64,000 bases of DNA, taken from Patescibacteria group bacterium (GTDB taxonomy: Bacteria; Patescibacteriota; Microgenomatia; UBA10105; UBA927). Location of the stretch: the NCBI GenBank assembly GCA_038062895.1, contig JBBTWJ010000006.1, forward strand, positions 48,862 through 112,861, read 5' to 3'. This document shows, piece by piece, positions 1 to 9,833 of this stretch (its first letter is position 1; each line of letters starts with the position of its first letter). The position numbers and the translations under genes are program-made. The notes beneath the pieces are model-generated. The model made no database searches and was not told the origin of the DNA. It saw only the letters and a list, made by a program, of their open reading frames with translations.

Positions 1-904
1 TAAATCCCGTAACACAGCCCGATCCAATCTGGCTATGACGGATAATATTATTATTACCGATCACGGTATTATCACCGATGTAGCAAGGCCCCACAATTTT
101 CGTATTCTCAAAAATTTTGACATTATCGCCAAGATACACCGGTCCTTCAATAACAACATTTTTTTTGATTTCAACGTTTTTACCACGGAAATCAGATACT
201 TCCTTGAGCAATTGATCCATAATGTCTAGCATGTGCCATGGATACTTAGTCGGATACCAATACCCTTCATAAGGGACAACCTCTGCTGTTCCGTCTTTAA
301 GAAGTTCATTCAAAGCTTTTTCATAAATATCATCTTGCTCGCTTTTTGTCGTGCGCAAAAGCTCAACAAACCTATCAGAATCCGGAAAATAATGAAAAAC
401 TAAATTCCCAAAATCGCTTGGTTCTTTTCCCTCACCAGGTTTTTCTACAACCCCAACGACATTTTGCTCACGCATTACAAAATACCCCATTGGAAAATAT
501 TGTTTCATTTTGATCCCTACCAATACAATCGATTCGCCACCGATCTGCCCTTTAAGCTCCTCATACACCTTCTCTTCCACTAAATCCGTGGCATTCATGA
601 TAAAGCATGGCTTCCCTTCTAAAAGAGGTGCTGCCGCAAGAACTCCTCCCGCCATACCATTTGGTGCAGGCTGCTCAACCGTACGAATAGTTAGGCCTGA
701 TGCCGATAAATGAGAATATGTTTCTTTATCTTGAGGATGAATTACGACGATCACATCAGTTATTCCCGTCAACTTCAACCGATTGAGATTATGGATTAAA
801 AACGATTCCCCTAAGAAGGGGATCATTGATTTACTTGTCTGGATTGGCCAATAACGTTTTCCTTCGCCTCCGGCTAATATGACGGCAATCGTGTCTTTTT
901 TCAT
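1..904 (-). CDS. sugar-1-phosphate nucleotidyltransferase with C-terminal left-handed beta-helix (GlmU/RmlA-like); C-terminus cut by window edge
   Basis: Minus-strand ORF absent from supplied track because it runs off the window; ATG at 902-904 overlaps murA stop (ATGA); translation starts MKKDTIAVILAGGEGKRYWP (NTP-transferase glycine-rich loop) and ends in hexapeptide repeats (GPVYLGDNVKIFENTKIVGPCYIGDNTVIGNNNII). Confidence 0.6.
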   Translation of the reverse strand, partial: MKKDTIAVILAGGEGKRYWPIQTSKSMIPFLGESFLIHNLNRLKLTGITDVIVVIHPQDKETYSHLSASGLTIRTVEQPAPNGMAGGVLAAAPLLEGKPCFIMNATDLVEEKVYEELKGQIGGESIVLVGIKMKQYFPMGYFVMREQNVVGVVEKPGEGKEPSDFGNLVFHYFPDSDRFVELLRTTKSEQDDIYEKALNELLKDGTAEVVPYEGYWYPTKYPWHMLDIMDQLLKEVSDFRGKNVEIKKNVVIEGPVYLGDNVKIFENTKIVGPCYIGDNTVIGNNNIIRHSQIGSGCVTGF

Positions 905-2241
905 ATTTCTTCCTCCTTTTGTCGTTCTATGATGGCCCCAAGCTTTGTCAGCCGCTCTTCTATGTTCTCATATCCCCGATCGATATGCTCTACACCATGG
1001 AGGACGCTCTGTCCTTCGGCTGCAAGAGCTGCCAAGACCAATGTAGCGCCCGCTCGGAGATCATTCATGGTGAGAATGGCATTATGAAGTTTCGTCGGAC
1101 CATGGATGTGGATGGCATGGTGATCTCCATCCTGATGATCTCCCCAGTTGAAATTATAAAAACCGGACGGATCAGGAACTTCAGGATCATAGCTTTCGAT
1201 TTGGACACCCATCTTTTTAAGCTCCTCTACGTATCCAAATCTATTCTCAAACACCGTTTCGTGGATGATTGCCTCTCCGGAAGCCTGCGTCATAAGGACT
1301 GCCCAGGGCGCCTGCCAATCTGTCATAAATCCGGGATGCGGCATCGTCACGACATCCACAGACTTCAAATTCGCGCTCCCACGATAACGGGTACGCGTTT
1401 CATCAATAGCTTCATATATTCCACCGGCTACCGTAAACGCTGAAAGAAACGCAGATAGATGTTGGCGCTGTGACCCTATCACGATGATATCCCCGTGAGT
1501 TACCGCAGCCGCTATGGCAAACGTCACCTCTTCGTTGCGATCCGGCATAATCGAATATTGCGCGCCATGAAGCGCACTGACCCCTTCTATGACGATTTCT
1601 TTGGGTTTACTTCGTCGTACCTTCGCACCCATGCTGTTAAGAAGCGTAATAAGCTCATCTATTTCCACTTCCTGGGCCGCACCTTTAATAACTGTTTTAC
1701 CTTTAGCCAGAGCCGCAGCTAAAATAATCGTTTCCGTGCCTGTATGAGAATTTTTGGCAAACTCAAACGTGATGCCGTTGAGTCCATTCGGGGCAGTTGC
1801 ATAAAAATATCCATCCCCAGAGCGATACTCTATGAGAGCTCCCATTTTTTGAAGTGCATCAATATGCCGGTCTATGGGTCTCGCTCCAATCCTGCAGCCA
1901 CCCGGGTTGGGAATCAAGGCCTTCCCATAACGCGCAAGGAGCGGTCCGATGACCATTGATGAAGTACGAAGACGAGCTCCAATATCCAGGGGAACCTGCG
2001 TTTGATCCGAGTGACTGTTTTGTGCAGTAACTGTGCTACCGTTTCGGCTTATGGTTACCCCAAGACTCGTAAGAACCTCAATCATCAGCGCAACGTCTCG
2101 TATTTCCGGAACGTTTCGGATAACTAATTTCTCATCAGTCAGTAAACTTGCCACAAGGAGTTTAAGTGCTACATTTTTGGCACCTCCAAGAACCACTTCT
2201 CCTTGCAATGATTTACCTCCAGTGATGATAAATTTATCCAT
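901..2241 (-). CDS. murA: UDP-N-acetylglucosamine 1-carboxyvinyltransferase
   Basis: 446 aa; MDKFIITGGKSLQGEVVLGGAKNVALKLLVASLL typical MurA N-terminus; full-length EPSP-synthase-fold protein; position in dcw-like operon. Confidence 0.9.
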   Translation of the reverse strand: MDKFIITGGKSLQGEVVLGGAKNVALKLLVASLLTDEKLVIRNVPEIRDVALMIEVLTSLGVTISRNGSTVTAQNSHSDQTQVPLDIGARLRTSSMVIGPLLARYGKALIPNPGGCRIGARPIDRHIDALQKMGALIEYRSGDGYFYATAPNGLNGITFEFAKNSHTGTETIILAAALAKGKTVIKGAAQEVEIDELITLLNSMGAKVRRSKPKEIVIEGVSALHGAQYSIMPDRNEEVTFAIAAAVTHGDIIVIGSQRQHLSAFLSAFTVAGGIYEAIDETRTRYRGSANLKSVDVVTMPHPGFMTDWQAPWAVLMTQASGEAIIHETVFENRFGYVEELKKMGVQIESYDPEVPDPSGFYNFNWGDHQDGDHHAIHIHGPTKLHNAILTMNDLRAGATLVLAALAAEGQSVLHGVEHIDRGYENIEERLTKLGAIIERQKEEEI

Positions 2242-3274
2242 GAAACTCTCCTAATCTTACGATCTCCTCTTGGAGCTCAACCCCAAACTGCTCTTTCACT
2301 TTCCCACGGGCCAGCTCAATCAATTCTATCACGTCGGCGGCTGTAGCATGGCCGGTATTGATGATGAAATTCGCATGGACAGACGATATTTGGGCGTCTC
2401 CGACTGATGTTCCTTTGAGTCCTGCATGATCCACAAGAAATCCGGCAGAAGTCGTATGGTCAGGTGTCGCCGCTGTCATTGCCTCAGCGGAAGTGATATT
2501 TCTGAACGTACACCCAGGACTTTTGACGCCCTGCGGTTGGCTTTCCCTACGATAGGCAATACTCTGGTTAGCGACACTCCACAGCTCATCTTTGTCTCCG
2601 GGGACAAGGGCAAATACCACCCGAAGAACGATGTCACCGGTTTTTTGGATGCTACTCGTATCGTAGGCGAAGTGAAAATATGAACGGTCAACTATCTTCA
2701 TTTCGCTTTTCGCGGTCAATATGGTCGCCTGATATACCGCATCACCGACGTAGGTTACGGGCATAGAGAGCGTCCCAAAATAACGTCTTCGATTATTTTG
2801 GGTTACGATCCCTTGTGCCGCATCTTTTGATGCGGCCTTCGTCCATTTAGAGTTCATAAATATTGCTCCACCGACCGTTCCGGGTAACCCAAGATGCGCT
2901 TCAAGCCCTCCAAGGCCTTCTTCGACCGTAAAACGGACGAGCTTATTAAAGACAACACCTGAATCAACTTCAACAAATACTGACCCTTTCGCCTCACCAC
3001 CTTCAACCTTCCCCTTCATGCCACGAATAGTGATCGTACTCGTATTATTTTTGATCACCAGTCCCCGGACCCCTTCATCCCCGATGAGAATATTTGTTCC
3101 TCCTCCTAGTATTGTTATCGGTAACCCTGCTTCCCGCGCTTGGATGACTGCCTCCACGATTTCTTTAACACTTCCCGCCTCATAAAAAAATTCCGCCGGT
3201 CCGCCAATCTTAAAGGTTGTATACGGGGAAAGTGAAACATCTTTTTTAAAATTCATAGGATTGATCTGGCCCAT
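2234..3274 (-). CDS. murB: UDP-N-acetylenolpyruvoylglucosamine reductase (FAD-binding); probable true start at internal Met (3256) giving ATGA overlap with murC stop
   Basis: 346 aa; SLSPYTTFKIGGPAEFF...ILGGGTNIL MurB FAD-binding motifs; adjacent to murA/murC. Confidence 0.85.
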   Translation of the reverse strand: MGQINPMNFKKDVSLSPYTTFKIGGPAEFFYEAGSVKEIVEAVIQAREAGLPITILGGGTNILIGDEGVRGLVIKNNTSTITIRGMKGKVEGGEAKGSVFVEVDSGVVFNKLVRFTVEEGLGGLEAHLGLPGTVGGAIFMNSKWTKAASKDAAQGIVTQNNRRRYFGTLSMPVTYVGDAVYQATILTAKSEMKIVDRSYFHFAYDTSSIQKTGDIVLRVVFALVPGDKDELWSVANQSIAYRRESQPQGVKSPGCTFRNITSAEAMTAATPDHTTSAGFLVDHAGLKGTSVGDAQISSVHANFIINTGHATAADVIELIELARGKVKEQFGVELQEEIVRLGEFHG

Positions 3275-4539
3275 TGATAAATATCTCCGGCACCCATAAA
3301 CACGATCACATCATCGGCGGTGAGTTCTTTTTCCAGCCATCGGGAGACATCCTGTCGTAAAGGTGCATAGATTCCACCCAACTTCTGGACAAGTCCTTCT
3401 ACTTTTTGCGCTTCCCGCGCCGACGCATAGATATCCGTCACAAGGGTGATATCCGCCAACGCAAGCGCCCGAACGAAATCAGGCAGTAATGCGTTCGTCC
3501 GTGAGTATGTATGCGGCTGAAACACAACGACGAGGCGTTTCTTGGGATACATTTCGCGAAATGCTGCTATCGTTGATTCAATTTCTTTAGGGTGATGGGC
3601 ATAATCGTCGTAGATGAGTGCTCCGCGCACTTCTCCTAATTTCTCAAACCTTCGCTTTGTGCCTCCAAACCGCTCAAGACCCTGTTTTATGACATTCCAA
3701 GCAATTCCAATTCTTTCGCACGCCGCGGCCGCTGCTGCAGCGTTGAGCATATTATGCCTGCCCAAAACTTGAAGCTTCAGTCCACTTATTTCTTTTGACA
3801 GACCGAATTTCACCACGTTTTCCCCCTTGGATAAAACGGAACTCGCTGGATCATCTGCGTTCATGATCGTAAGCTCGCTCTGTTTTTGCAGTGCCACAAA
3901 TGCTTGTTGAACATGAGCAAGATCTGTATAGACATCAGGATGATCATAATCAATATTTGTCACCACCAAAACGTCCGGCTTGTGCCAGAGAAAACGGGGT
4001 GTCGCGTCATGCCCTGGGTCTGTCACATACTCATCTGCTTCTGCGATAAACCAGTCTCCCTTCCCCGCGTGCCCGGCGGTACCCAGTCCACGGATAGAAC
4101 CACAGCCGACTGCATACGAAGGATCTAAGTCCGCCTCAACGAGAATCGTCGCAATCATGGCAGCAGTTGTTGTCTTGCCATGACTGCCCGCAATACTTAT
4201 CTGGTGTTTCCCCTCCATGACAAGCCCCAACGCCTGACCATGAGGAAGCACCGAAATAGCATGCTCTTTTGCATACATCACCTGCGGATTATCCCGTCCA
4301 CCATGTGCGCCGGTATAGACTACAACATCCGGCTTGAACGCGGCGAGGTGAGACGAATCAAATCCTACATGGATATCAACGTGCGCCTTTTTAAGCTCTT
4401 CATCTGTGGGAAATTCTTCCCCTACGTCACTTCCTGCGACCGACTTTCCGGCATCTTTGGCCCAAATCGCAAGTGCTGCCATAGCAACGCCTTTAATACC
4501 GACCAAATATATCCGCTTTGATTGTTGAATATGGTTCAT
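3253..4539 (-). CDS. murC: UDP-N-acetylmuramate--L-alanine ligase
   Basis: 428 aa; YLVGIKGVAMAALA N-terminal MurC domain, Mur-ligase P-loop GSHGKTTT, C-terminal Mur ligase domain. Confidence 0.85.
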   Translation of the reverse strand: MNHIQQSKRIYLVGIKGVAMAALAIWAKDAGKSVAGSDVGEEFPTDEELKKAHVDIHVGFDSSHLAAFKPDVVVYTGAHGGRDNPQVMYAKEHAISVLPHGQALGLVMEGKHQISIAGSHGKTTTAAMIATILVEADLDPSYAVGCGSIRGLGTAGHAGKGDWFIAEADEYVTDPGHDATPRFLWHKPDVLVVTNIDYDHPDVYTDLAHVQQAFVALQKQSELTIMNADDPASSVLSKGENVVKFGLSKEISGLKLQVLGRHNMLNAAAAAAACERIGIAWNVIKQGLERFGGTKRRFEKLGEVRGALIYDDYAHHPKEIESTIAAFREMYPKKRLVVVFQPHTYSRTNALLPDFVRALALADITLVTDIYASAREAQKVEGLVQKLGGIYAPLRQDVSRWLEKELTADDVIVFMGAGDIYQWARSIL

Positions 4540-5261
4540 AGATTATTACGAAACCCAATCACCGCTATCATTTTACCAAATGATGCTTCCGAATCCTTCC
4601 GGTAAGAAAAAAAGTCGTTGCGTTGACAAGATGTACACAAGGGCGGTGCATCGATATGATCCCGGGCGACCCCCTCCTCGATCAGCTGGCGGTAATTTAT
4701 GAGTCCGATGTCCAGATGCCACGTGCCATCAGCGCAATATGCCATCTTTTCATCATTGCCCAATCGTTGAGCAAATGCATTCACGCGTTGCGTCCCAACG
4801 GTATAACAACACGCGCCGATATGCGGACCAATGACACCATAAATCTTTCCCACTTCAACCCCTGCCTGCACCATAGCGCGCACAGCATGGCCTACCACAT
4901 TTCCCAACGTTCCTTTCCAGCCTGCATGAACTGCTGCACATATATGGTTGACAGGATCAACCAGCAATACGGGAACACAGTCCGCTGCAAGAACCGCTAC
5001 CGGCACATCACGACTTACGAGTCCATCGACTCCAGGCACAACCCCTGTCGATTGTTTATGAACCACACTTATCCGATTGTCATGCACTTGCTGTGCAAAA
5101 ATCGCGGAATCATTCACTCCAAGCGCATGCAAAAAATGTTGTCTCTTTTCTGTGTCTTGACTCATGTCCCCTGCAAGGCGGGACGAAAATCCATGAATGA
5201 CTCCATCCAGCTTAACCATGAGTGATGATTGAAAACAAAGCGTATCGCGTTTATGTACCAT
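4536..5261 (-). CDS. pgeF: YfiH/PgeF family purine nucleoside phosphorylase / peptidoglycan editing factor (DUF152)
   Basis: 241 aa; conserved HAGWKG motif and Cys/His pattern of the YfiH (Cu-oxidase_4) family; embedded in mur cluster as in many bacteria. Confidence 0.75.
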   Translation of the reverse strand: MVHKRDTLCFQSSLMVKLDGVIHGFSSRLAGDMSQDTEKRQHFLHALGVNDSAIFAQQVHDNRISVVHKQSTGVVPGVDGLVSRDVPVAVLAADCVPVLLVDPVNHICAAVHAGWKGTLGNVVGHAVRAMVQAGVEVGKIYGVIGPHIGACCYTVGTQRVNAFAQRLGNDEKMAYCADGTWHLDIGLINYRQLIEEGVARDHIDAPPLCTSCQRNDFFSYRKDSEASFGKMIAVIGFRNNL

Positions 5262-6435
5262 ACCCCAACCGTTTCATATGTTTGCTTACCGCCTCCTGAT
5301 CGCTCCATGGATATTCCCGGCTCCCACGCGCAAGACTTTTTTCATGACCTTTACCCGTTATCATGACCGTATCTCCGGGTTTGGCCTCGTTGAGCGCAAA
5401 CCCAATTGCTTCATCCCTGTCGGGGAGCCGCACCACGCGGCTTTCCGACGGTATGCGTGATGCAATTTCATCAATAATCGTATGCACATCTTCGGTGCGG
5501 TAATCCTCTTCCGTTAAAACGATGATATCTGCATACCGCGCTGATGCTTCACCCATGAGCGGACGCTTCGTAAGGTCACGCAGCGCTGCGCTTCCAAATA
5601 CATGGATAAGACTGCCCTTACAGGATTTACGAACGGTTTTCAATGCTTGTTCTATAGCATTGGGTGTATGGGCAAAGTCGATAATAACGCGGAAAGGCTT
5701 ATCCACTACCACTTCCATCCTTCCTTTCACACCCACAAATGAAGCAATCGCTTTTTGTGCTATCTTGAGTGGCACACCTAAAGCTTCCGTTGCAGCGATG
5801 GCTGCCAGACAATTATACCGATTAAACTCACCGACCAGGATTGTTTTAAACGGATGACTCTTCGGACTTACATTTGCATCACGCCGGATCCCATACGAAA
5901 GCATTCGCTTATGGTGCAAAAGGACGCTTGCTTTATTATAAACTTCCGCTTCATCACGATTCAGTACTGCTACGCGCGCGCGTTGTAGAAGCGATATTTT
6001 GGTCATCAAATAAGCATTGAACGTTTTATGCCAATCCAGATGCTCATGCGTCACATTCGTCAGAACTCCGACGGCAAATCGCACGAAATCCACCCGATGC
6101 TGTGCAAGACCATGGGAAGTAGTTTCCAACACAAAATGCGTATCTCCGTGACGCAGTGCCTCGGCCAGATACTTCTGGACTTCCCAGCCGCGCGGATTCG
6201 TCACATGAAAGCCGGTGTCGTAGGAAACTCCTCCCACGACTGCGTGAACGGAGGTAATCATAGAAACATGGAGCCCATGAGCCTTGAGAATTTCGAAAAT
6301 AAGCGTGCTCGTCGTGGTTTTGCCATCCGTACCTGTTACTCCGATGACCGTGAGCTTCGTGCTGGGAAATCCGTACCGGAGAGCAGCAGCAAAGGCTTCG
6401 GCCCAATGATAGAGCCCTTTTAGGCGTTGCATCAT
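5251..6435 (-). CDS. murE: Mur ligase, MurE-like (UDP-MurNAc-L-Ala-D-Glu--diamino acid ligase), lacking the N-terminal UDP-binding domain
   Basis: 394 aa; P-loop GVTGTDGKTTT at residue ~33; C-terminal domain matches MurE (DFAHTP, RPLMG, GKGHE); the position of the DNPR specificity motif reads EEDYRTED. Confidence 0.75.
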   Translation of the reverse strand: MMQRLKGLYHWAEAFAAALRYGFPSTKLTVIGVTGTDGKTTTSTLIFEILKAHGLHVSMITSVHAVVGGVSYDTGFHVTNPRGWEVQKYLAEALRHGDTHFVLETTSHGLAQHRVDFVRFAVGVLTNVTHEHLDWHKTFNAYLMTKISLLQRARVAVLNRDEAEVYNKASVLLHHKRMLSYGIRRDANVSPKSHPFKTILVGEFNRYNCLAAIAATEALGVPLKIAQKAIASFVGVKGRMEVVVDKPFRVIIDFAHTPNAIEQALKTVRKSCKGSLIHVFGSAALRDLTKRPLMGEASARYADIIVLTEEDYRTEDVHTIIDEIASRIPSESRVVRLPDRDEAIGFALNEAKPGDTVMITGKGHEKSLARGSREYPWSDQEAVSKHMKRLGYGT

Positions 6436-6452
6436 ATTCGTATTATACCATT

Positions 6453-8126
6453 CTACTGTGGTGCAATGCCGTAATATGCGAATAGATCGCGCGCGATACC
6501 GAAGAAAAGCGGCGCTGCGGTTTCTGACCCCCAGGGACTGGATGTGGGCTCCCGAAGCGTCACAAGGATAATAAACTTTGGATCATCAGCTGGTGCAAAC
6601 CCTATGAATGATGCTATCGTTTTTTTGTTATCATAGTGGCCAGCGACAGGAATCTGTGCTGTCCCGGTCTTTCCGGCTATTCTATACCCTTTTGGTTTTG
6701 CCCATTGAGCCTCACCGCGATCAACCGCCGCGATCATCATCTCCGTCATAATCCGCGCCGTCGCCGGGGAGATTGCGGATCGTGTCTTTTTCGACACGAT
6801 CGGTACGACTCTCCCTGATCCATCACGAATCTCTTTGACTATCCTGGGCTCGACGAGCTGACCGCCATTGGCAATAGCTCCGACCGCCCGGATCATTTGG
6901 ATAGGGGTAACGGCGATGCCCTGCCCAAATGACGCAGTAGCCAGGTCTATATCTTTCCAATCACTATCATCGCGTATACTCGCCGGCACCTCTTCCTGAA
7001 GATCGATACCGGTTGGCTCACCAAATCCAAACTTATGAATCGCCTGAAGCATCCCTTCCTTGCCGAGTTTATTCTGTACAAACACCATGCCAACATTTGA
7101 CGAATGTACGAGCACATCGGTCATTGAGATGATGCCGCGGTATTTTTCATCCCACGTCCGGATAAAATACTCACCTACCCGCACCGCCCCTGTTTCTTCG
7201 GCCATTGTTGTTGACTTCACCACGTTTCGATCTAACCCCATTGCCATCACCAGCACCTTGAACGTAGATCCCGGCTCAAACGTGCTGGCTACGATCGGAT
7301 TTTTATATACTTCCTTGGGAAATTCACCGAAGTTAGCCGGATCATAACTTGGGAAGGCTGCCATGCCTAAAATACCACCGGTTTTTGGATCCATAACGAC
7401 GATCGATCCCTCTTTAGCACCGTATTTGGCTATCCCCGCCAATAACCGGTGCTCAATGATCCGCTGGATCGAACGGTCTAACCACAACACTAAATTTCTC
7501 CCATCTTCCGGCTCAATCCGGCGCGTATCACCTACTAGAATCGGAGCCCCACGGACATCCTTTTCAAGCTGCAGCATCCCATCTTTGCCTCCCAGCTCAC
7601 GCCCGTAATACCCCTCTACCCCAAAATATCCGCGATCTTTGCCGTTTTCATCGCTCCCCACAAATCCTACAATATGAGCGGCCATTGAACTCTCCGGGTA
7701 CATACGCTTAGATTCCTTTTCAAATCCTAAACCATTCAGCTTCAAGTCTTTCAGTTGTGTAACGCGGGCAGATTCTACTTTGTGAGCTAGAGGAACCCAA
7801 ACACGATCAGGTTGTGACAGGATACTCACTATATCTTTTCCATCCATTCCCAATAACGATGAAATACTCGCCGCAAATGACGGCATATTTGCAATTTTTC
7901 TGGGCTCGGCGTAGACCAAATACGCGGATTGATTTAACACTAACGGTTTACCGTCAGAGGCCAGGATCGCACCCCGCTGCGCAGGCAGATTAAACGTAAG
8001 GTAATACTGTGATGCAGCCTCAAGTCGAAGGGACGAGGAGCGTATGACTTGCCAATGAAAAAGCCGTGCCACCATCAGGCCATAGAGAACAACAAAAAAA
8101 GAAAACACTATCCAAATACGTACCAT
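6453..8126 (-). CDS. ftsI: penicillin-binding protein 2 / FtsI-type peptidoglycan D,D-transpeptidase
   Basis: 557 aa; N-terminal TM anchor; transpeptidase motifs STFK, SSN, KTGT present. Confidence 0.9.
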   Translation of the reverse strand: MVRIWIVFSFFVVLYGLMVARLFHWQVIRSSSLRLEAASQYYLTFNLPAQRGAILASDGKPLVLNQSAYLVYAEPRKIANMPSFAASISSLLGMDGKDIVSILSQPDRVWVPLAHKVESARVTQLKDLKLNGLGFEKESKRMYPESSMAAHIVGFVGSDENGKDRGYFGVEGYYGRELGGKDGMLQLEKDVRGAPILVGDTRRIEPEDGRNLVLWLDRSIQRIIEHRLLAGIAKYGAKEGSIVVMDPKTGGILGMAAFPSYDPANFGEFPKEVYKNPIVASTFEPGSTFKVLVMAMGLDRNVVKSTTMAEETGAVRVGEYFIRTWDEKYRGIISMTDVLVHSSNVGMVFVQNKLGKEGMLQAIHKFGFGEPTGIDLQEEVPASIRDDSDWKDIDLATASFGQGIAVTPIQMIRAVGAIANGGQLVEPRIVKEIRDGSGRVVPIVSKKTRSAISPATARIMTEMMIAAVDRGEAQWAKPKGYRIAGKTGTAQIPVAGHYDNKKTIASFIGFAPADDPKFIILVTLREPTSSPWGSETAAPLFFGIARDLFAYYGIAPQ

Positions 8127-8420
8127 TTAAGGTTGAAGGTGAAACGCCACGTCTTGAGCGCCGATAGTGATGACCGGAGGACTCGAAATAAATCCTAAGG
8201 CTTTGGATTTATCTTCGATGGTAAGAAGAGATGAAAGCGAAGCAACTTTTTCCTGCAACAACTGATTTTCTTCCTGGAGGGTATCTATGGACCGATCGAT
8301 CTGGGAAACCTTTTTGCCAAATCCAGCAAGCTCGTTGGTCACAAGAATCTCCACAACAAGCAATATGACCACAAGAAAGGGAAGAATTCGTATGCCTGAT
8401 CGAATAAACCGTATCATCAT
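8127..8420 (-). CDS. ftsL: cell division protein FtsL-like (small bitopic membrane protein with coiled coil)
   Basis: 97 aa; TM segment followed by leucine-rich coiled coil (DTLQEENQLLQEKVASL); located between rsmH and ftsI as in canonical dcw clusters. Confidence 0.6.
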   Translation of the reverse strand: MMIRFIRSGIRILPFLVVILLVVEILVTNELAGFGKKVSQIDRSIDTLQEENQLLQEKVASLSSLLTIEDKSKALGFISSPPVITIGAQDVAFHLQP

Positions 8421-9292
8421 AGCTTTTGAGCAATCCGTAATTTTGCACTTCGTGACCGAACATTCATATACTTCTCGGTATCACTTGGCGTCAGGGGCCG
8501 CTTATTTATTGACCGTAAACCAAGTTGCACTATTTCCCGTTTCACGATCCGATCTTCAAGAGAATGGTAGCTTAATGCTGCAATCCGCCCTCCTGACCCT
8601 AACACCATTACTGCGCCGGGTAACCCTTCTTTCAGTGCGCCAAGTTCATCGTTGACCACTATCCGTAATGCCTGGAATACCCGTGCAAGCGTGCTCATCC
8701 TTTCTCGTGCGTCGCCCATTACCTCATCGACCACCCCAACCAAATCTCCCACCGTTGTCACAGACTTTACATGACGGGTGCGGACAACAGCACGAGCAAT
8801 TGACCGAGCCAACTTTTCTTCACCATATGTTGCAAATATTTCATATAATTCTTCTTCAGATAATTTTTTGATATATTCTGCCGCCGGTGCGCCGCTTTTC
8901 GGATTCATTCTAAGATCCAATGGAGCCTCCAAAAAACGGAAACTGAATCCCCTATCGGGCGTATCGATCTGATGACTCGATACTCCCAAGTCAAATAATA
9001 TCCCATCTGCAGTATCAAACCCTTGCTCTTCCGCTATTTTTCTAATGTCCCGAAAATTCCCCTGTACTATTTTCCAATCCCCGTATTTTATATTTTGTTT
9101 TGAAAATTCAACCGCCTCCGGATCTTGATCAATCCCCAGTAGCCTCCCACCTCTCTTGATAATCTCAATACTGTAACCTCCTCCTCCCACTGTCGCATCG
9201 ATATACGTTCCTCCATCTCGTACCGCTAGCCCGTTTAAGACTTCTTCCACCATCACTGGGACATGAAATTTATTTTTATCTGACATGATCAT
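8417..9292 (-). CDS. rsmH: 16S rRNA (cytosine1402-N4)-methyltransferase RsmH (MraW)
   Basis: Supplied ORF extends to 9334, but the likely start is Met at 9292 (MIMSDKNKFHVPVMVEEV), overlapping the mraZ stop by 1 nt; glycine-rich SAM motif DATVGGGGYS. Confidence 0.85.
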   Translation of the reverse strand: MIMSDKNKFHVPVMVEEVLNGLAVRDGGTYIDATVGGGGYSIEIIKRGGRLLGIDQDPEAVEFSKQNIKYGDWKIVQGNFRDIRKIAEEQGFDTADGILFDLGVSSHQIDTPDRGFSFRFLEAPLDLRMNPKSGAPAAEYIKKLSEEELYEIFATYGEEKLARSIARAVVRTRHVKSVTTVGDLVGVVDEVMGDARERMSTLARVFQALRIVVNDELGALKEGLPGAVMVLGSGGRIAALSYHSLEDRIVKREIVQLGLRSINKRPLTPSDTEKYMNVRSRSAKLRIAQKL

Positions 9293-9684
9293 CAGAGATT
9301 CTTCGCATACTCTTCCCAACGAATACGATCCCAAATCTCAAAATGATCACCCGCGCCTATCACCATGATCTCCCGAGCAATGGAAGCGTAATCCTTGAGC
9401 TGGGCAGGCAAAAGTATACGACCAAGTTTATCTATCTCCGACTTTTGGGCCCCGGCGAACATATATCGCCGGATTTTTCTTCCCTCCTCATTCGTGACCG
9501 GCGTGTCAAGGTGCTTGGCAGCTTCACGCTCCCAACTTTCACGGTCAAACCCAAAAATACACGGTTCAAATCCTTTCGCAAGTACCAGTTCCCGCTCTTC
9601 TATCTCTTGTCGAATCTTTCTAGGGAGCGTCACTCTGCCCCGATCGTCTAAACTATGGTCGTATTCCCCAAGGAAAAGCTTCAT
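9292..9684 (-). CDS. mraZ: division/cell wall cluster transcriptional repressor MraZ
   Basis: 130 aa; MKLFLGEYDHSLDDRGRVTLPRKIRQEIEE with duplicated DXXXR MraZ motifs; first gene of the operon. Confidence 0.85.
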   Translation of the reverse strand: MKLFLGEYDHSLDDRGRVTLPRKIRQEIEERELVLAKGFEPCIFGFDRESWEREAAKHLDTPVTNEEGRKIRRYMFAGAQKSEIDKLGRILLPAQLKDYASIAREIMVIGAGDHFEIWDRIRWEEYAKNL

Positions 9685-9701
9685 GCTTCTAATCTACCAC
9701 T

Positions 9702-9746
9702 TCTTCCCATTAATATCCATATTGTCCCATATTTCACGGACTGTCA
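9702..9746 (-). promoter_or_regulatory. mraZ promoter with MraZ-box direct repeats
   Basis: Minus strand reads TTGACA (9746-9741), 17 nt, CAATAT (9723-9718), then three direct repeats TGGGAcaata/TGGATattaa/TGGGAagaag with exact 10-nt periodicity (9728-9702) overlapping the -10 and 5'UTR, resembling known MraZ operator architecture. Confidence 0.5.
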
Positions 9747-9833
9747 AGGGGTCATTTCACAACCCCGCGAGTTTTCACAAAAACTTGACAAAACGTGTTG
9801 AGAGAGAGAGAATACAGTTCGAATGCTCTAACT

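Noticed and set aside
919-8655. Numerous plus-strand ORFs of 60-200 aa overlapping the minus-strand dcw genes (e.g. 919-1443, 4623-5225, 6028-6423, 7060-7347, 8287-8655)
   Set aside because: All are antisense shadows fully contained in well-supported Mur/Fts genes, with biased, Ser/Arg/Cys-rich translations typical of non-coding frames.
9292-9334. N-terminal extension of rsmH (MGSYSLGRVCEESL) overlapping mraZ
   Set aside because: Conserved RsmH sequence begins at the internal Met (MIMSDKNKFHVP); using it gives the usual 1-nt stop/start overlap with mraZ.
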